Source: Trichoplax adhaerens (lineage: Eukaryota > Animalia > Placozoa). Taken from it: a DNA stretch of 64,000 bases. Location of the stretch: contig NW_002060945.1 in NCBI RefSeq assembly GCF_000150275.1, positions 6,272,612 through 6,336,611 of the forward strand. Direction: 5' to 3'. A model generated the notes under the pieces. The model did no database searches. It was not told the origin of the DNA and saw only the letters and a list, made by a program, of their open reading frames with translations. Positions 40,201-52,592 of the stretch are shown here, piece by piece. The first letter of the stretch is position 1. Every line of letters begins with the position of its first letter. The position numbers and the translations under genes are program-made.

Positions 40201-43200
40201 GTGAAGATTGGCATGCAATCAAAGTCTTACTATATTGTTACTGAGACATTTTATCTCACCAACCATTTCTGATTCTTATTTTTGTATTTTAAGACTCGAA
40301 TTTTCCGACTAGCTCGCACTTGGCCTGCAATGCGCTATCTTCTTCGTACACTAATATTCAATATGTCCGCTTTAATCTATGTTAACCTTATGATGGTTAT
40401 TTTCATCTATATATTTGCTGTGCTTGGACAAAAAATGTTCCGTGATGCCTATCGTAAAAAATTTACCGAAATGCCACGGTTCAATTTTGATAATTTTGAA
40501 AGTTCTTGTATGATGATTTTTCGTATCATGTGTGGTGAATGGATACAACCTTTAGGCGTAGCTGTTAAAGCGACGAGTTCTTGGGCAATTGTATTTTTTT
40601 TAATGGTTTTTTTGATTGGAAATCTGCTGGTAAGAAGCAAAACTATGTTATAATCTAATTTTAATAACGAAGTAATTACCGTAGTTGTAGCAGTGATAGA
40701 TTTTGACAACGATTTTTATATTATCTAATGATTGTCCTTTCTGGCTATTTTATTGTATGCTTTAGGTATTAAACTTATTCGTCGCTTTAATTCTCAGTAC
40801 TTTGGAAGATCAATCATTTCAAGAAAAATATAATACTGAAAATGATTCTCACTTAGACCAAAATTTTATGCATCAACTCAAGTCCATATTTACTTCTTCT
40901 TGCTGCTTTAAGAAAGAATCAGTCGATGCCAGACCATTGGATCTTGAAAGCAATCAAAATCATTATCTTGTGACTGTATTCAATGATAGCGAATCGATGA
41001 CAGATTCTGACGTTCAAACTGAAACACAGCTGGTTGAGTTAAGTGATCATAGTAGAAACGGTGATAATATTGGCCGCAGGAATAAATTATTAAAAAGCGA
41101 TGGACGTGAGATAGATGATGAAATACAAGTACAAGTATCAGTAGAGCAAAATCTAGTAGATAACAGTATAAAAGTATCCACTGACCAAGCAAGTAACCAA
41201 GGCTATAAAGTTGAACATAATAATTCCAATAGCAAATCATTTCAGACTAATGCAACTATGGCTAAAATAAATAATGAAGGAAGTTATAGGGATGAATTGG
41301 AACGCTTTTCCATATTATCTGAATCAGAAACAAGTTATGCAAATAGGATGACATTGTCATCAGCTGATCTTGATGAATCACCTCAAATCGATGTGGCTAA
41401 AGGATATGATAGAATTGAACATCATCTTCATCAATCTGAGCAGGAATCTACTCTTATATCGATGATACCCTATAATGAGTCAACGATTACGCCAAAAAAA
41501 TCCACTATTAATGATACAAAAGAATCAGAAACATTTCATGGGCAGGATAATGGCAATCCGAATAACGAAAAGGCTACCAATCCTATATCGAATAACTTGA
41601 ATACCGCTGGAGAATTTCCATTAACAAATCGATGCAATAATAGCGAAATCGATATTGGTGATCCCCTATCGTCCACTTTTCATGCTACTACTCATGATAA
41701 TCCTTTAAAATTACTGGATGAACAATCGAGTGTGATAAATCAACATCAATATTGTAATGGAGCAGGAAATAATAATCGATCTGAAAGCCATTTACCCCCA
41801 AGCATTCTAAAGCAGTTCGATGCTGATATCTCTGAAAGAAATACAAACCTCCCTGAGGATAATGCTGCAGCGTCTAATCATCAATCGTCTAATGACAGAA
41901 ACTGCTCAGTTATTCATACAAATGGCATTGATAATTTCACTGCCCGTGATGTATGCCTATCATCTAATTCATGTTTGCTGTTTATATTAAAGAAGACACC
42001 ACTAATTCAGAGCGTTAAATTGATATTTATCGTTAACTCATTTTATTGATACTATTTTACTATTTATTTTGATTATAGGGTAATAGCTACACATCGTCTG
42101 ACGATATCTTTGGCAAGAAAGGGGATATTTCTGTTAGCCACTGTTTACCCGATTGCATAGGCGAGAAATTTTCCAAATGTATCAAAGTTGATAGCTCTTC
42201 GTATCAAGCTTGGATTGCAGCCCGTAAGATGATACAAAAGTGGATGACCCATTGGGTTTATAATTTACTTATGATATTATTAATAATGGCTAGCAGCATT
42301 TTATTGGTAAATACAATGATTATTTTTATCTTTAGTATACTTTATTGCAGGAGAATTGGATGGATTTTATTGCTATTTCTATCTTATTCAATACTGATAT
42401 ACCTCGATGACTGTATTTAAAGTTTATACGGTGTAGGCATAGTATATTAAGACGGATAAGTTGACAATTTGGTAATTTATCTAGGCAATGGAAGATAAGA
42501 GGGCGGTTCAAAACCCCCCATATTGGTATAATATTCGATTGGCTGAATCAATAGTAACTTTAATATTTATAGTTACAATTATTTTTGAGATTTTTGCTCG
42601 TGGTATTTCTCAATATTTTTCTAATGGTTGGAATGTGTTGGATTTTACCGTTATCGTGGTAATGATGCTTAGTAGTAAAATTATTTTTCTTATATTCCAT
42701 ACTTGTAGTTAGTTCTATTGTAAACAAATTATTTAAACTATTTATTAAAACTATTTTTCCTGTATTCTGTGCTTGTCGTTAGTTCTATAGTAACAAATTA
42801 TTAAAACTATATAGTGGAATTATTTTTCTTGTATTCTATTTGTCTTTAGTTTCATCATTAATAAATTATTTAATCTATATACGCGTGTATACTAATAGTT
42901 AATACATATTCTTGCAAGTTGATGGTAATACTGATATTTTTCCAGATTACTTTGACGGTTAATTTACTTCCACGCAATATTTACCTAATAGCTCGTACTA
43001 CTAAAGCAATTGGGCCTTTAAGAGTTATACGCCGCGTGCAAAGTATAAAAGTATGTTTGAACGATTTTACTATTATCACCAAATGATATAAGTAAATTAT
43101 CAAGAATATCAATAATTAAAAGTGCTTTAATTAATTCTTGCCATTTTAGATGATGTTTTTGGCGATTTTGGAATCTATACCTAAGATTATGAATGTATTT

Positions 43201-46200
43201 CTCGTGTGCATGGTGTTTTGGTATATCTTTGCAGTCAGTGGTATCTATTTTTTTGGTGGTAAATTTTTTAGGTGTATATACGTTAGCAACTCCTCATTAG
43301 TGGACAGTGCATTAGTGGGTGATAAAGATAGTTGCAAAGGAAATGATTATAAATGGACAAATTCGTTGATTCACTTTGATGACTTCCCCCAAGCAATAAT
43401 TTTACTATTTCATGTGGTAAGTTTCCCAATTTTTTTACTAAAGTATTAAAATCATTTTAAATACATGAGAATTTGCGATATCTAGAACAGAAGTTTTTAT
43501 ATCAAATTAAGTAGAGAGTAATAAAAGATATTATGCATAACTTTTTCATGGAGTAACTTAATAAGCTGTTATTTAGATCTTTTGACAAATATCCTAAAAT
43601 TGAAACTTTTAGCTATACTCGCTCACAATATCGAATAAACTTATTATGAATAAAGCATAAGCTGATGTTGATAGTGTCGATTAATGACAGGATAATATTT
43701 CTTATGGAAACAGGCAACATTCGATGGATGGAAAAGAGCATTATACAATGCAGTAGATGCCAGAGGGGTAATGAATACTAATCATTAACTAATGCAGTCC
43801 AAATATCTGTCATACATAGAGCTTGAGTCACCGATATGTAGGCATTCCATTTAATGACGTATCTCTTAACGGTTCAAATACCTGGATAATTTCATGATTA
43901 GATTAATCTTCAACCAGTAACCTATTATAATCCAGCTGCTCATGGTTACTTTGTGGCATTTATTATCATTGGTGTATTTGTAGCACTAAATTTAATTGTT
44001 GGTGTTATTATCGATGGATTTTACGTATCACATCAAAAGGTAAATGAAAATAATATTTTATTTATCTGTATTAAAGTTAATAGGTTTACTTTTTAAGAAG
44101 TTATTGTAATCGTTATTCATAGTCAGTTACGAGTTCAAGTGCTAATAATGGTTGCGAATAATGTGAACAAAAATTGTTATGATAGTAGTCAGCTAGATTT
44201 AAGTAGCTAAAAGAATATTTTTATGTTAGCCTGAAGAATTGTGGAAAGAAGGTAAGGAAATGGATATTGAATAGAAGCAGAATATTTTTGTATTCTAAAA
44301 CTATATTTCAAAACCATTTTGATTATATTTAAAGTACTTTTGGCTTATTTTTATTAGAAGGATTAAATTAAGCTTTACATGATATCGTTAAATTCAGTAT
44401 GATGATGCTATCTAAGGTAGTTGAGGGTGCATGTGGTGGTGACATCGCACAAGTTTAAAAATAATTGTAGAGCAAGATCATTACAATATTTTCATCTCAT
44501 TTCAGCTGGAACGTCAACAAAGTGGTAGTGCTTTAGAAGCCTATCTGACTGATTCTCAGCGCAGATGGTACCGTATGATGAGAAAGTTGCTCAAAACTAA
44601 GCCTAAAAAGAGTATTCCCAGAGGAAATGTAAGATTGAAATAAGCTCAAATATTTATGTGTTATACAATCTTACCTTATATGAATATATACCTTGAAGCT
44701 GGGTATGCAACAATATCCTTTGAGCCATATCATCATTACCTATAATTAATATAATCTGATTGCAATATCTACTAGTAGATAGAATATATCTTGTGTATAT
44801 GATATTACAATACTGGGCATACTCTCAGCGGGAGTATGGATGATAATATTTTTGTATCAGATTATTGTTAACATATGTATTGACGAGTCTATGACTTCGA
44901 GTAGACCTATTACGGACCATTAAATTCGAATTGGTTTCTGTCTATTTATTCTAAAGCACCAATGGCAAATTCGGTTAAGAAAATTCGTAGAGAATCCCAA
45001 ATTCGAAATGACTGTTATTTATATCATCGTTGCTAATGTTATCGTTATGATGGTGACGCATTATCATGAATCAAATGAAGTTCATGAGGTTTTAGATATC
45101 CTTTTCAAGTGTAGATTGACGTAAATTTGAATTTCCTTATATATCTCGAATAATTTATAAGTAGTTTCTATAATGAGTATGTTGATCAATCGATTTATAA
45201 ATTAAATAACATGAAGTAAAGTTAATTTGTTTAAATAGTCAATACCGCTATAGTTGGTGATATTGATGGCTTTCTCCTTGACAGACTGCCTTGTTTTTTA
45301 ATGGATATCTACTAGGCTTCAATTATTTCTTTACTATTTTCTACGTAATTGAAGCTGTACTGAAGATTATAGTATTCCGTTTATATTATTTTAAAGATGC
45401 TTGGAATCTATTTGACTTTGCTGTTGTTATCTTGTCAATATCAGGTATGATTCCTCACTTTTGTTATTCGTTAGTACTTTTACTATTCGCAATAAGATTT
45501 TTATCGGACATATATGAATGTAGAAAGCTGGCTAGTATGTATATATTGGTATTGAAAAATTAACTATTATTACATTTAAAATACTATATTACTAATAGTG
45601 TAATTTCTGTTAGCCCAGCCAATAATGAACTATATGAATAAGTAAATGATTGTTCCAATTTTATCCATTCGATAATGCTACATTATGAATGATTTAAAAA
45701 CTAAAATTCTTTAGCATCATGAAGTAATAATTGTGATTGATATTGAATAGGCCTTGTCTTCGAAATCTTGACCAGAGCAAATATTATTAGTACCACGGCT
45801 AATACAACTATTAATCCCAGTACTATTCGAATTTTGCGCATCTTTCGAATTGTGCGAATTCTACGGCTAGTTCAATACGCACAAGGAATACGTCGCTTAC
45901 TTATTTCCTTAGCTATGTCAGCACCAGCTCTTTTAAATATTGGCATGTTAACCTTTTTAGTTATCTTTATCTACGCTGTCCTTGGCATGTCGGTGTTCTA
46001 CAACGTTAAGCACACTGGTGTACTTACTAATGTCTTCAACTTCGACGATTTCTTTAACAGCTTAATTGTGCTATTTCAGTTAATGACAGCAGCTGGTTGG
46101 ACTGATGTTTCTAGCGCATTATCCATTGAAAGTCCAAATTGTAACAGCAACGATACAACAATATCTCCATTCGGTAATTGTGGTAATCGATCTTTATCCC

Positions 46201-46865
46201 TTTTATTTACATCGTCTTATGTCTACCTAACTTGGCTGGTTTTATCCAATTTATTTGTCGCTGTTATTTTAAGTAACTATCAAGATGTTGTTGATACAGA
46301 AGCGGGTGGTGTTACTGAAATGGATATTGATATTTTCTACGAAGTATGGGCCAAATATGATACAGAGGCGACACAATTTATTGATTATTCTTCATTATCT
46401 CCACTAGTTGCTGATATTAAGCCACCTTTAGGTGTTCCACAACCGAATAGATATGCTTGTATTGCATTAGATCTACCGTTATATAGGTCTAATCGCTTAC
46501 ATTGTTTAGATATTATTGAAGCACTACTATTTAGAATAATTGGAAATCCAGCTGATTCAGATGAGGAATTAACAGCTGAATTTGATATATTAATAAGACG
46601 TATCAAGAAAAGCTTTCTTAAAAAATTCCCTAGTCGTGTACCGGCAAATCAAATCAACCGAATTAGTGAATTAGAAAAGGCTAATATTACAGCTGCTATT
46701 GTTATTCAACGCGCTTATAGGAAATGGCGATTTAAGAAAGTTGTTAATGATAGAGTAGAAAGGCATCAATTAGTTTATAGAAATGTAGCCAATAGATGTG
46801 AGAAGAAACCCCAGAAAGGCATTCTAAAAAAGATTCGCAATGCTCGCAACGTTAATAATGCATAA
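31210..46865 (+). CDS. Four-domain Nav2-like channel alpha subunit, paralog B, divergent, filter DEDA, about 25 coding exons
   Basis: Approx. exons 31210-31482, 32331-32458, 32991-33098, 33251-33379, 34362-34447, 34545-34754, 34882-34942, 35487-35637, 35905-36042, 36724-37533, 37641-37771, 37893-38117, 38866-39057, 40294-40629, 40766-41950, 42079-42306, 42486-42658, 42946-43050, 43150-43416, 43714-43767, 43902-44039, 44506-44628, 44957-45095, 45313-45444, 45751-46865. P-loops SQDAWD / CGEWIQ / TFDGWKR / TAAGWTD; IQ motif IQRAYR; no frameshift found. Confidence 0.93.
32459..32990 (+). other. U12-type GT-AG intron before DI-S1, paralog B
   Basis: 5' GTATCCTTT; branch TTCCTTAAA at 32970-32978; ends TAG. 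Same position and phase as 15788-16521 (preceding exon is 128 nt in all three paralogs). Confidence 0.92.
36043..36723 (+). other. GC-AG intron after DI-S6, paralog B
   Basis: CAG|GCAAGT donor at the position where A has CTG|GTAAAG and C has CAG|GTATGA; phase 0 joins to AACGCTAGT in frame. Confidence 0.82.
38333..38722. repeat. Intronic tandem repeat, 3 units of ~125 bp
   Basis: Recurring TTTCTT(C/A)AACG..TTTTATGA..CTAATTGAT..TTTGACG..AAATAATTTCATGATAA. Confidence 0.8.
39195..39990. repeat. Intronic tandem repeat, about 7-8 units of ~110-120 bp
   Basis: Recurring TGTAGGTTA(A/G)ATTGTTAGGTA..CGTA..GTGTACTTAT..GTGCAAAAG..AAATTTGCCTGTGG..CTCAAAATAGATTATG at ~39200, 39317, 39428, 39537, 39648, 39756, 39868. 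Confidence 0.85.
40036..40117. repeat. Imperfect inverted repeat (37 bp arms, 8 nt loop) in a paralog B intron
   Basis: ATAGCCGGCTAAAG..AAAAGTATT [AGGATTGC] AATATTTTT..CTTTAGCCGGCTAT; 31 of 37 positions complementary. Confidence 0.85.
45096..45312 (+). other. U12-type AT-AC intron at DIV S1-S2, paralog B
   Basis: 5' ATATCCTTTT; branch TCCTTGAC at 45275-45282; ends TAC. Flanking exons are 139 and 132 nt, identical in length to paralog A. Confidence 0.87.
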
Positions 46866-49800
46866 AGTAAGGGATTACTCTCTGCTGGTCTATTCAGGAT
46901 ACGAGTATCTGTATAGATATATAGCATATCATAGAAAATAATACTATAATGATTTTAAGGATGAGATAGCTTTACTTATGACAAGTAATATCTACTACGG
47001 TAGTATTATAAGGCAATATGTAGTAATTATTTTATTTAAATAATCTACGGGTATATTCAACCATAAAAAGAAATTTCAATTACTAAATCAATTTTCTATA
47101 GTTCTTTAGTTATTACATACTGGTCGATGTCGTACATAATATTTGATTAAAATAATCTATATCATTGCAGTAGATGTGGCAGCAATTATAACTGCGTCTG
47201 GCTATGAATTTATTTATGAATCATAACTGTTGCATAATTTCCTTACTAAAATGGAGTGCATATCTATGATAGAGAGTCTCAAAATAATGTAACAAGATAA
47301 CAAGCACCTTATCTATTTTAAACTTTACTAAATTGTGTAAAATTAGTTTGGGTATCAAATTATCAAGGACTATCTATCTTTAGTCTAAAACTGTTTTACT
47401 GTCCAATATTTTGCAACAGAGTCTACCCGTGGTAAGTAATATAAGTGTCTCTGCAAAACTTCTGCCTTCCTACCGTGAATATCATCTATAAATAGATGCC
47501 TCTTGTAATCTCACAATTTAGTCTACGACTTTAGCAATTCTACTTAAAATTATAACCTCAATCTTTAACTATTTTTAAAGCTGCACTTTAATATCATTTC
47601 ATGAATATGTGCTATGTTTGTGTATTATGAATAATTTATGCGTCTCCGTTGGGATCAACATAATTTATGTGTTTCTTTGGCAATTCTGTGGAACAATGAT
47701 CTAAGTATATTATTTAATGGCCGGCTAGATTGTATTCCCAAGTTTGTTTGAGCTTTACTTGGTATTTTCCATTGCTTTATGATCAATAAAATTCATCACA
47801 TCTTGATTTGAAATTTTAATGATTGATATATAAGCTAGTCTTTTCACAGTAATAAAAGATACTATCACCTACTTATACTTGTATACTTAAACTCTTATAT
47901 TAGTGATGAGGCTTTCAATCCTCTTATACTGTGATATAGATAGTTGTTGTAGACCTGTTAAAACTTCCAAGGTATTCTCTTACTGATAGTATTGAGATTG
48001 TAGCTCTAAATCAGATAGACGTTTAAAAATGCTATAGAATCACCTGATGACATGCCAGAACATGACAAGATTGCTGATATAGACGTTACTGAAATTTAGT
48101 AAAATGACCTTATTCCGGCAGATCTAATCTATAGATAGAATAATTAATTTTCCAAACTGATTATTCTAACTTGCTCAATTAACTGTACATATGGCTGATA
48201 GTATAATACTGGACAAACAAAGTCCGGATAGCAATGCCGTATCATGAAATACTAAATTTCTACACCATAGAAATTGAATAGTCCATGGCTGTAACCTCAG
48301 AGGCACATCACAAATAAGAATCTTACAGAGGGAAAATTGGATTAGAAGATGAGCGTCACTTAGTTAATTAGTTATTAGTTTTTGCTAATTGCATTGAATT
48401 TTGATAATAGGTGCTCGTATGTAACATATAAACTGTTTCCTGAAGATTCATAATACATCCTTAGCTCATACTATTAAACTGATCCATTCCGCATGTAAGA
48501 ATGTAAGAATTATATGCGCCATGATTATTTCACTTTGATCATTTCGATCCATGGACTAAGCAAAAATTTCCGGCATTAAATTGGAGATATTAGCTAAAAT
48601 CACCGTCCAAATAGAACCAATATAATACAGCCAAAAAATGAACGACATGTCTAATATGTAGGCGAGATCAAAATTTTTTCAAGCTCTTCTATATTTTTAA
48701 GAGAACACTTTCATTAAATGTTTTAATTATTGTAACGGTATTCTATTCTTCAGTTGCAATTTATTTATCAGACAGATACCCATAAGGCAGGTAAAAATTT
48801 TCATTATTTCAAGCTAATTCGATCTAAAATAATCTAATAATCTTGACATATGGCTTACTAAACCCTTATTTAGCAGTTGTTGCATGGAGTTATATTGTGT
48901 ACTATAATTGGAATTTGGTATTACACAAGATAAGATTGAGAACTCATATCTACATTAACATCAGTTAAAATATTCATTTTAGAAATTCTAGGGAATAATT
49001 TCCAAAATACTAAAGTAAATCCATTTCGTTGGAAGGATTTGCTAGTTCAGGTTGTAATTGAACTTCTAAAGCATATTTTAGTAATTACCCACGTTAAATT
49101 GATTTTTATCACTACTAGAAATTATTTTTGAAGTCACAAAATATTCTATGCAACATTTTCTAGGGGTCAATAAATTCCTAGGCGTATAATGTGTCATCCA
49201 TAAGTATAGTTTTGAATAGAACGTATAATTTTGATCATCTATAAATTATATCCATCATAATTATTTATTATGAATAAAATGGTAACAACTTTTGATTAGG
49301 ACTCGCCGATAATTAATAGAGCCATATGGCCTCGCCAGAATTGACTAAAATGGTTAGTTTAATCCATTGTATAGCATATAATGATTTAAAGCGGTTATAT
49401 AATTATCGTTTAAGTGTATTAAAAGGCGTCTGATGCTACTAAAATCGAAAAATTTCATAATAATATACTTATTGTATAGTATGCATTGTTCTTAGTGACT
49501 TTTGAATGCCATAATTTAATTAGACTATCCTTATAGTCGATCATATCCGGTATACGCAGCAAAAAATTTAAATAATAATTTATGGTTATCATAAGAATAA
49601 CGTAGTTAAGTTGAGCGCTGTACTTGTATGTTGTATATTTGTCCAATTTCATATTTGAGAGTTAAATAAACAGTTACGATAGCAGAATCATTTCTATTTA
49701 GAATTTGCGATTCTATTGAATATTCTCTTCTTGGATGAATTAACTAAAGAAAGCTTGGAATCTTCGTAGATCTAACTTAAGTACTGCAAGTCGTAGAAAT

Positions 49801-52478
49801 GGCTTTTTCAAATAGGAATAATGTACGAAGAAAATCTACTTATCATATCGATATTAATGCTGATGGAGGCGCTGAAGTCAAATTAAAAGATGTTCAAGCG
49901 GTTACAGATGATGACAGTGACATAGAAGTGGTTTCTACCGATGAAAATTCTCGTCGATATCGCATTTTGGAAGAAAGTCAACTTATCGGCAAATATGTTG
50001 TCGATTTTGACGAAACGCAGGACAATGTAAGTACAACGAATAGAATAGGTTATATTTACTTTTCTTTTACGTTATCTTTATACTGCCTTAATTGCTACAA
50101 TCATTATAATTGATTCGAATTCTATTTTATTAAGCCGATTATCATCTAACTTATCTTTTTGATCGTTCCGATAGCTTCTACACCTTTAATATTAGCATCG
50201 CTTCAGTTTATTTTCACCTCCAAACAGTGTACAATATTGAAAGTAGTGTTATACTGATTACTACAAGAATATAATTCAGTAGTTTAGTATGACTTTGTCA
50301 CATTTTAAGTCAAACACGTGCTGTTAGCCTTTAATTATTGGAAAAAAACTAATATAAATTGGCCTATAATAAGCAAAAATTTAATTTACGCGTAAAATTT
50401 CACTTTCTTGTAATTCAGAGTCAGTACGGACTATTTCTTTCTACCTGCAAGTTCCAAATAAACTAAATTTCTCTCTTAATATGGTCTTTACGTCAAAATT
50501 GTAATTCTTATCAAAGTCTAGATGTTATGGTACATAGGTAGAATATAGATATTTGTGCGTGTCCTAGTAAAACATACGTTACTCTTAGATATCCTACCAG
50601 GTTATGATAAGTTCTTATCGTATTGTTATAAACTTATTTCATATTCCAAAGGCCTTGATTACAAGCTATCAAGAATCGCAAAGTTTACACAATTACGATA
50701 ATATATTCGCTATTTTTATGTATCCCTAGTAAGCATGATGCCACTATATACCAGCTTGTGCCTATAATATGTATGTATAAATACCTGCATATTATCAATT
50801 CGTACATAGAGTAGAGCTTGGGTATCCATTTATTGCATCAGTTAATCTTGATGCGTGTGATATATACCAATCACGAAATTCCAAATTTTAGAAAAATAAG
50901 AGCTTTATTGAATCTTATACAAAGATTAACTACACAGCTCTACTCTAGCCGAATACTACTTCTAAAGACTTCTAGAACAAACTAACAGAATAATCTAAAG
51001 TTGAATGCTTTTATACTTTTCGTAGCATTCGCAGCTACAATCCGCATGGCAACCTTTTACCTTATTTTACACATAGTTAAATTATTCTTAGTAAGACTAT
51101 TCTACTGCGGACCATCATTAATCCAATATGGATACGACTACAGTACTTACGTAGACATTATTCACACCAGCCAAAGTACAATGAATTAACCATATCCTAA
51201 TATATGATTTACAGTTCTATTTTTACCTATAGCCATATTAGTAACTCAACAGCTTACTGTATATAGTCATCTGTACTCTAGCATATATGACTGAAATATT
51301 TTTAATAAAGTTGGAATTATTACCACAGTATAACCCATTATTATGGAATTATGGCATGCTGGAGGAATTCTTGTAAGAAATTGTGACATACAAATACAGT
51401 GTCTTACATACTGTAGAAGTCGTTTCTAATAATTTTCTTGTCGCTCCCGCTGTTTCCTTTTTATATCAGTTAAAGTATTAGCGCATATATAGCATTAAAG
51501 GTCTCTTTCATGTATATGTTGCTCCTCTAATGTGGCCGGATACTAATCCGACGGTATCTGAAAAATTTCTATCAAGTATAACGAGTTTGGATCGTGAAAT
51601 AACAGACCGCTCTAAAATTTTTACAGTATTCCAAAATCTATGATTTCTAGTAATGATATATTGAGATGGGAAATATAGTAACAATTTGGGATATCTTACA
51701 TTAATATAGGCAAATTACGAAAGTAGATATTGTCGATAACCACAATAGATACTAGCGCCATGTAGTAGAGGCGTTAGGATAATGTCAATAAGTCACAAAT
51801 CATAGTATATTATAGGAAATCGATTGGTAATTTCTTTACCGTATTTACTTGTGATCATTTCTTAATTTTTATCCTTCTATAATTATACTCTTACGATAGA
51901 CATCGAATACTCTGCCCTATAGAATAAATCTCTAAATATAACTGTTCATTTGCTATTGCAAGGGCATTGAATTAAATGTTACCTATATCGGCTAGTTATA
52001 TCAGTTGTGTAATACAATTGCCCTTTAACCAGTGTACGAGTATGATGCATTAATTTGCATACAAGCATATCAAAAATATCTGTATTTAAGATCTCACATG
52101 TTTCAATAATCTATAATCAATTAGTAAGCGATCAAAATTAGTGTGATATAAAAGCATATACTGTATGATTTAAGATTATTTGCATATCTATATTCTATAG
52201 TATAGATTATGATTTCAATTGTGGCGTTCTTTCGGAATTTTAATAATATTTAAACAAAGATTGCAATTATGTATAAAGACTTATCTATCCTTATAATTGA
52301 TTTCTTGGGAAACTAAATCTATCAAATTAATTTTCTATCTTTTTCTTTAGACATTTTGTATTATTGTCAGGCGATTTGGCTCTTATGAAGTTTATCGATT
52401 TAATACAGCCAAGTCCCTTTTTGTGCTCGAACCTGATAATTGGATTCGATACCTGGCTGTTAAGATTATGACTAATCA

Positions 52479-52592
52479 ATATCCATTTTAGTTGCATGAT
52501 ATACATATGAAAAATTAATTAAGCTTAAGCTTTAATAATAAAATAATAAAAAATATTTATTCCTTTGATCTCTGCCCTTAACTTATCTTGAA
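52479..52592 (+). other. U12-type intron with AT-AA termini before DI-S1, paralog C
   Basis: 5' ATATCCATTT; branch CCCTTAAC at 52575-52582; only the ..TTGAA|G junction keeps TNQ-YFEF in frame. Confidence 0.78.
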
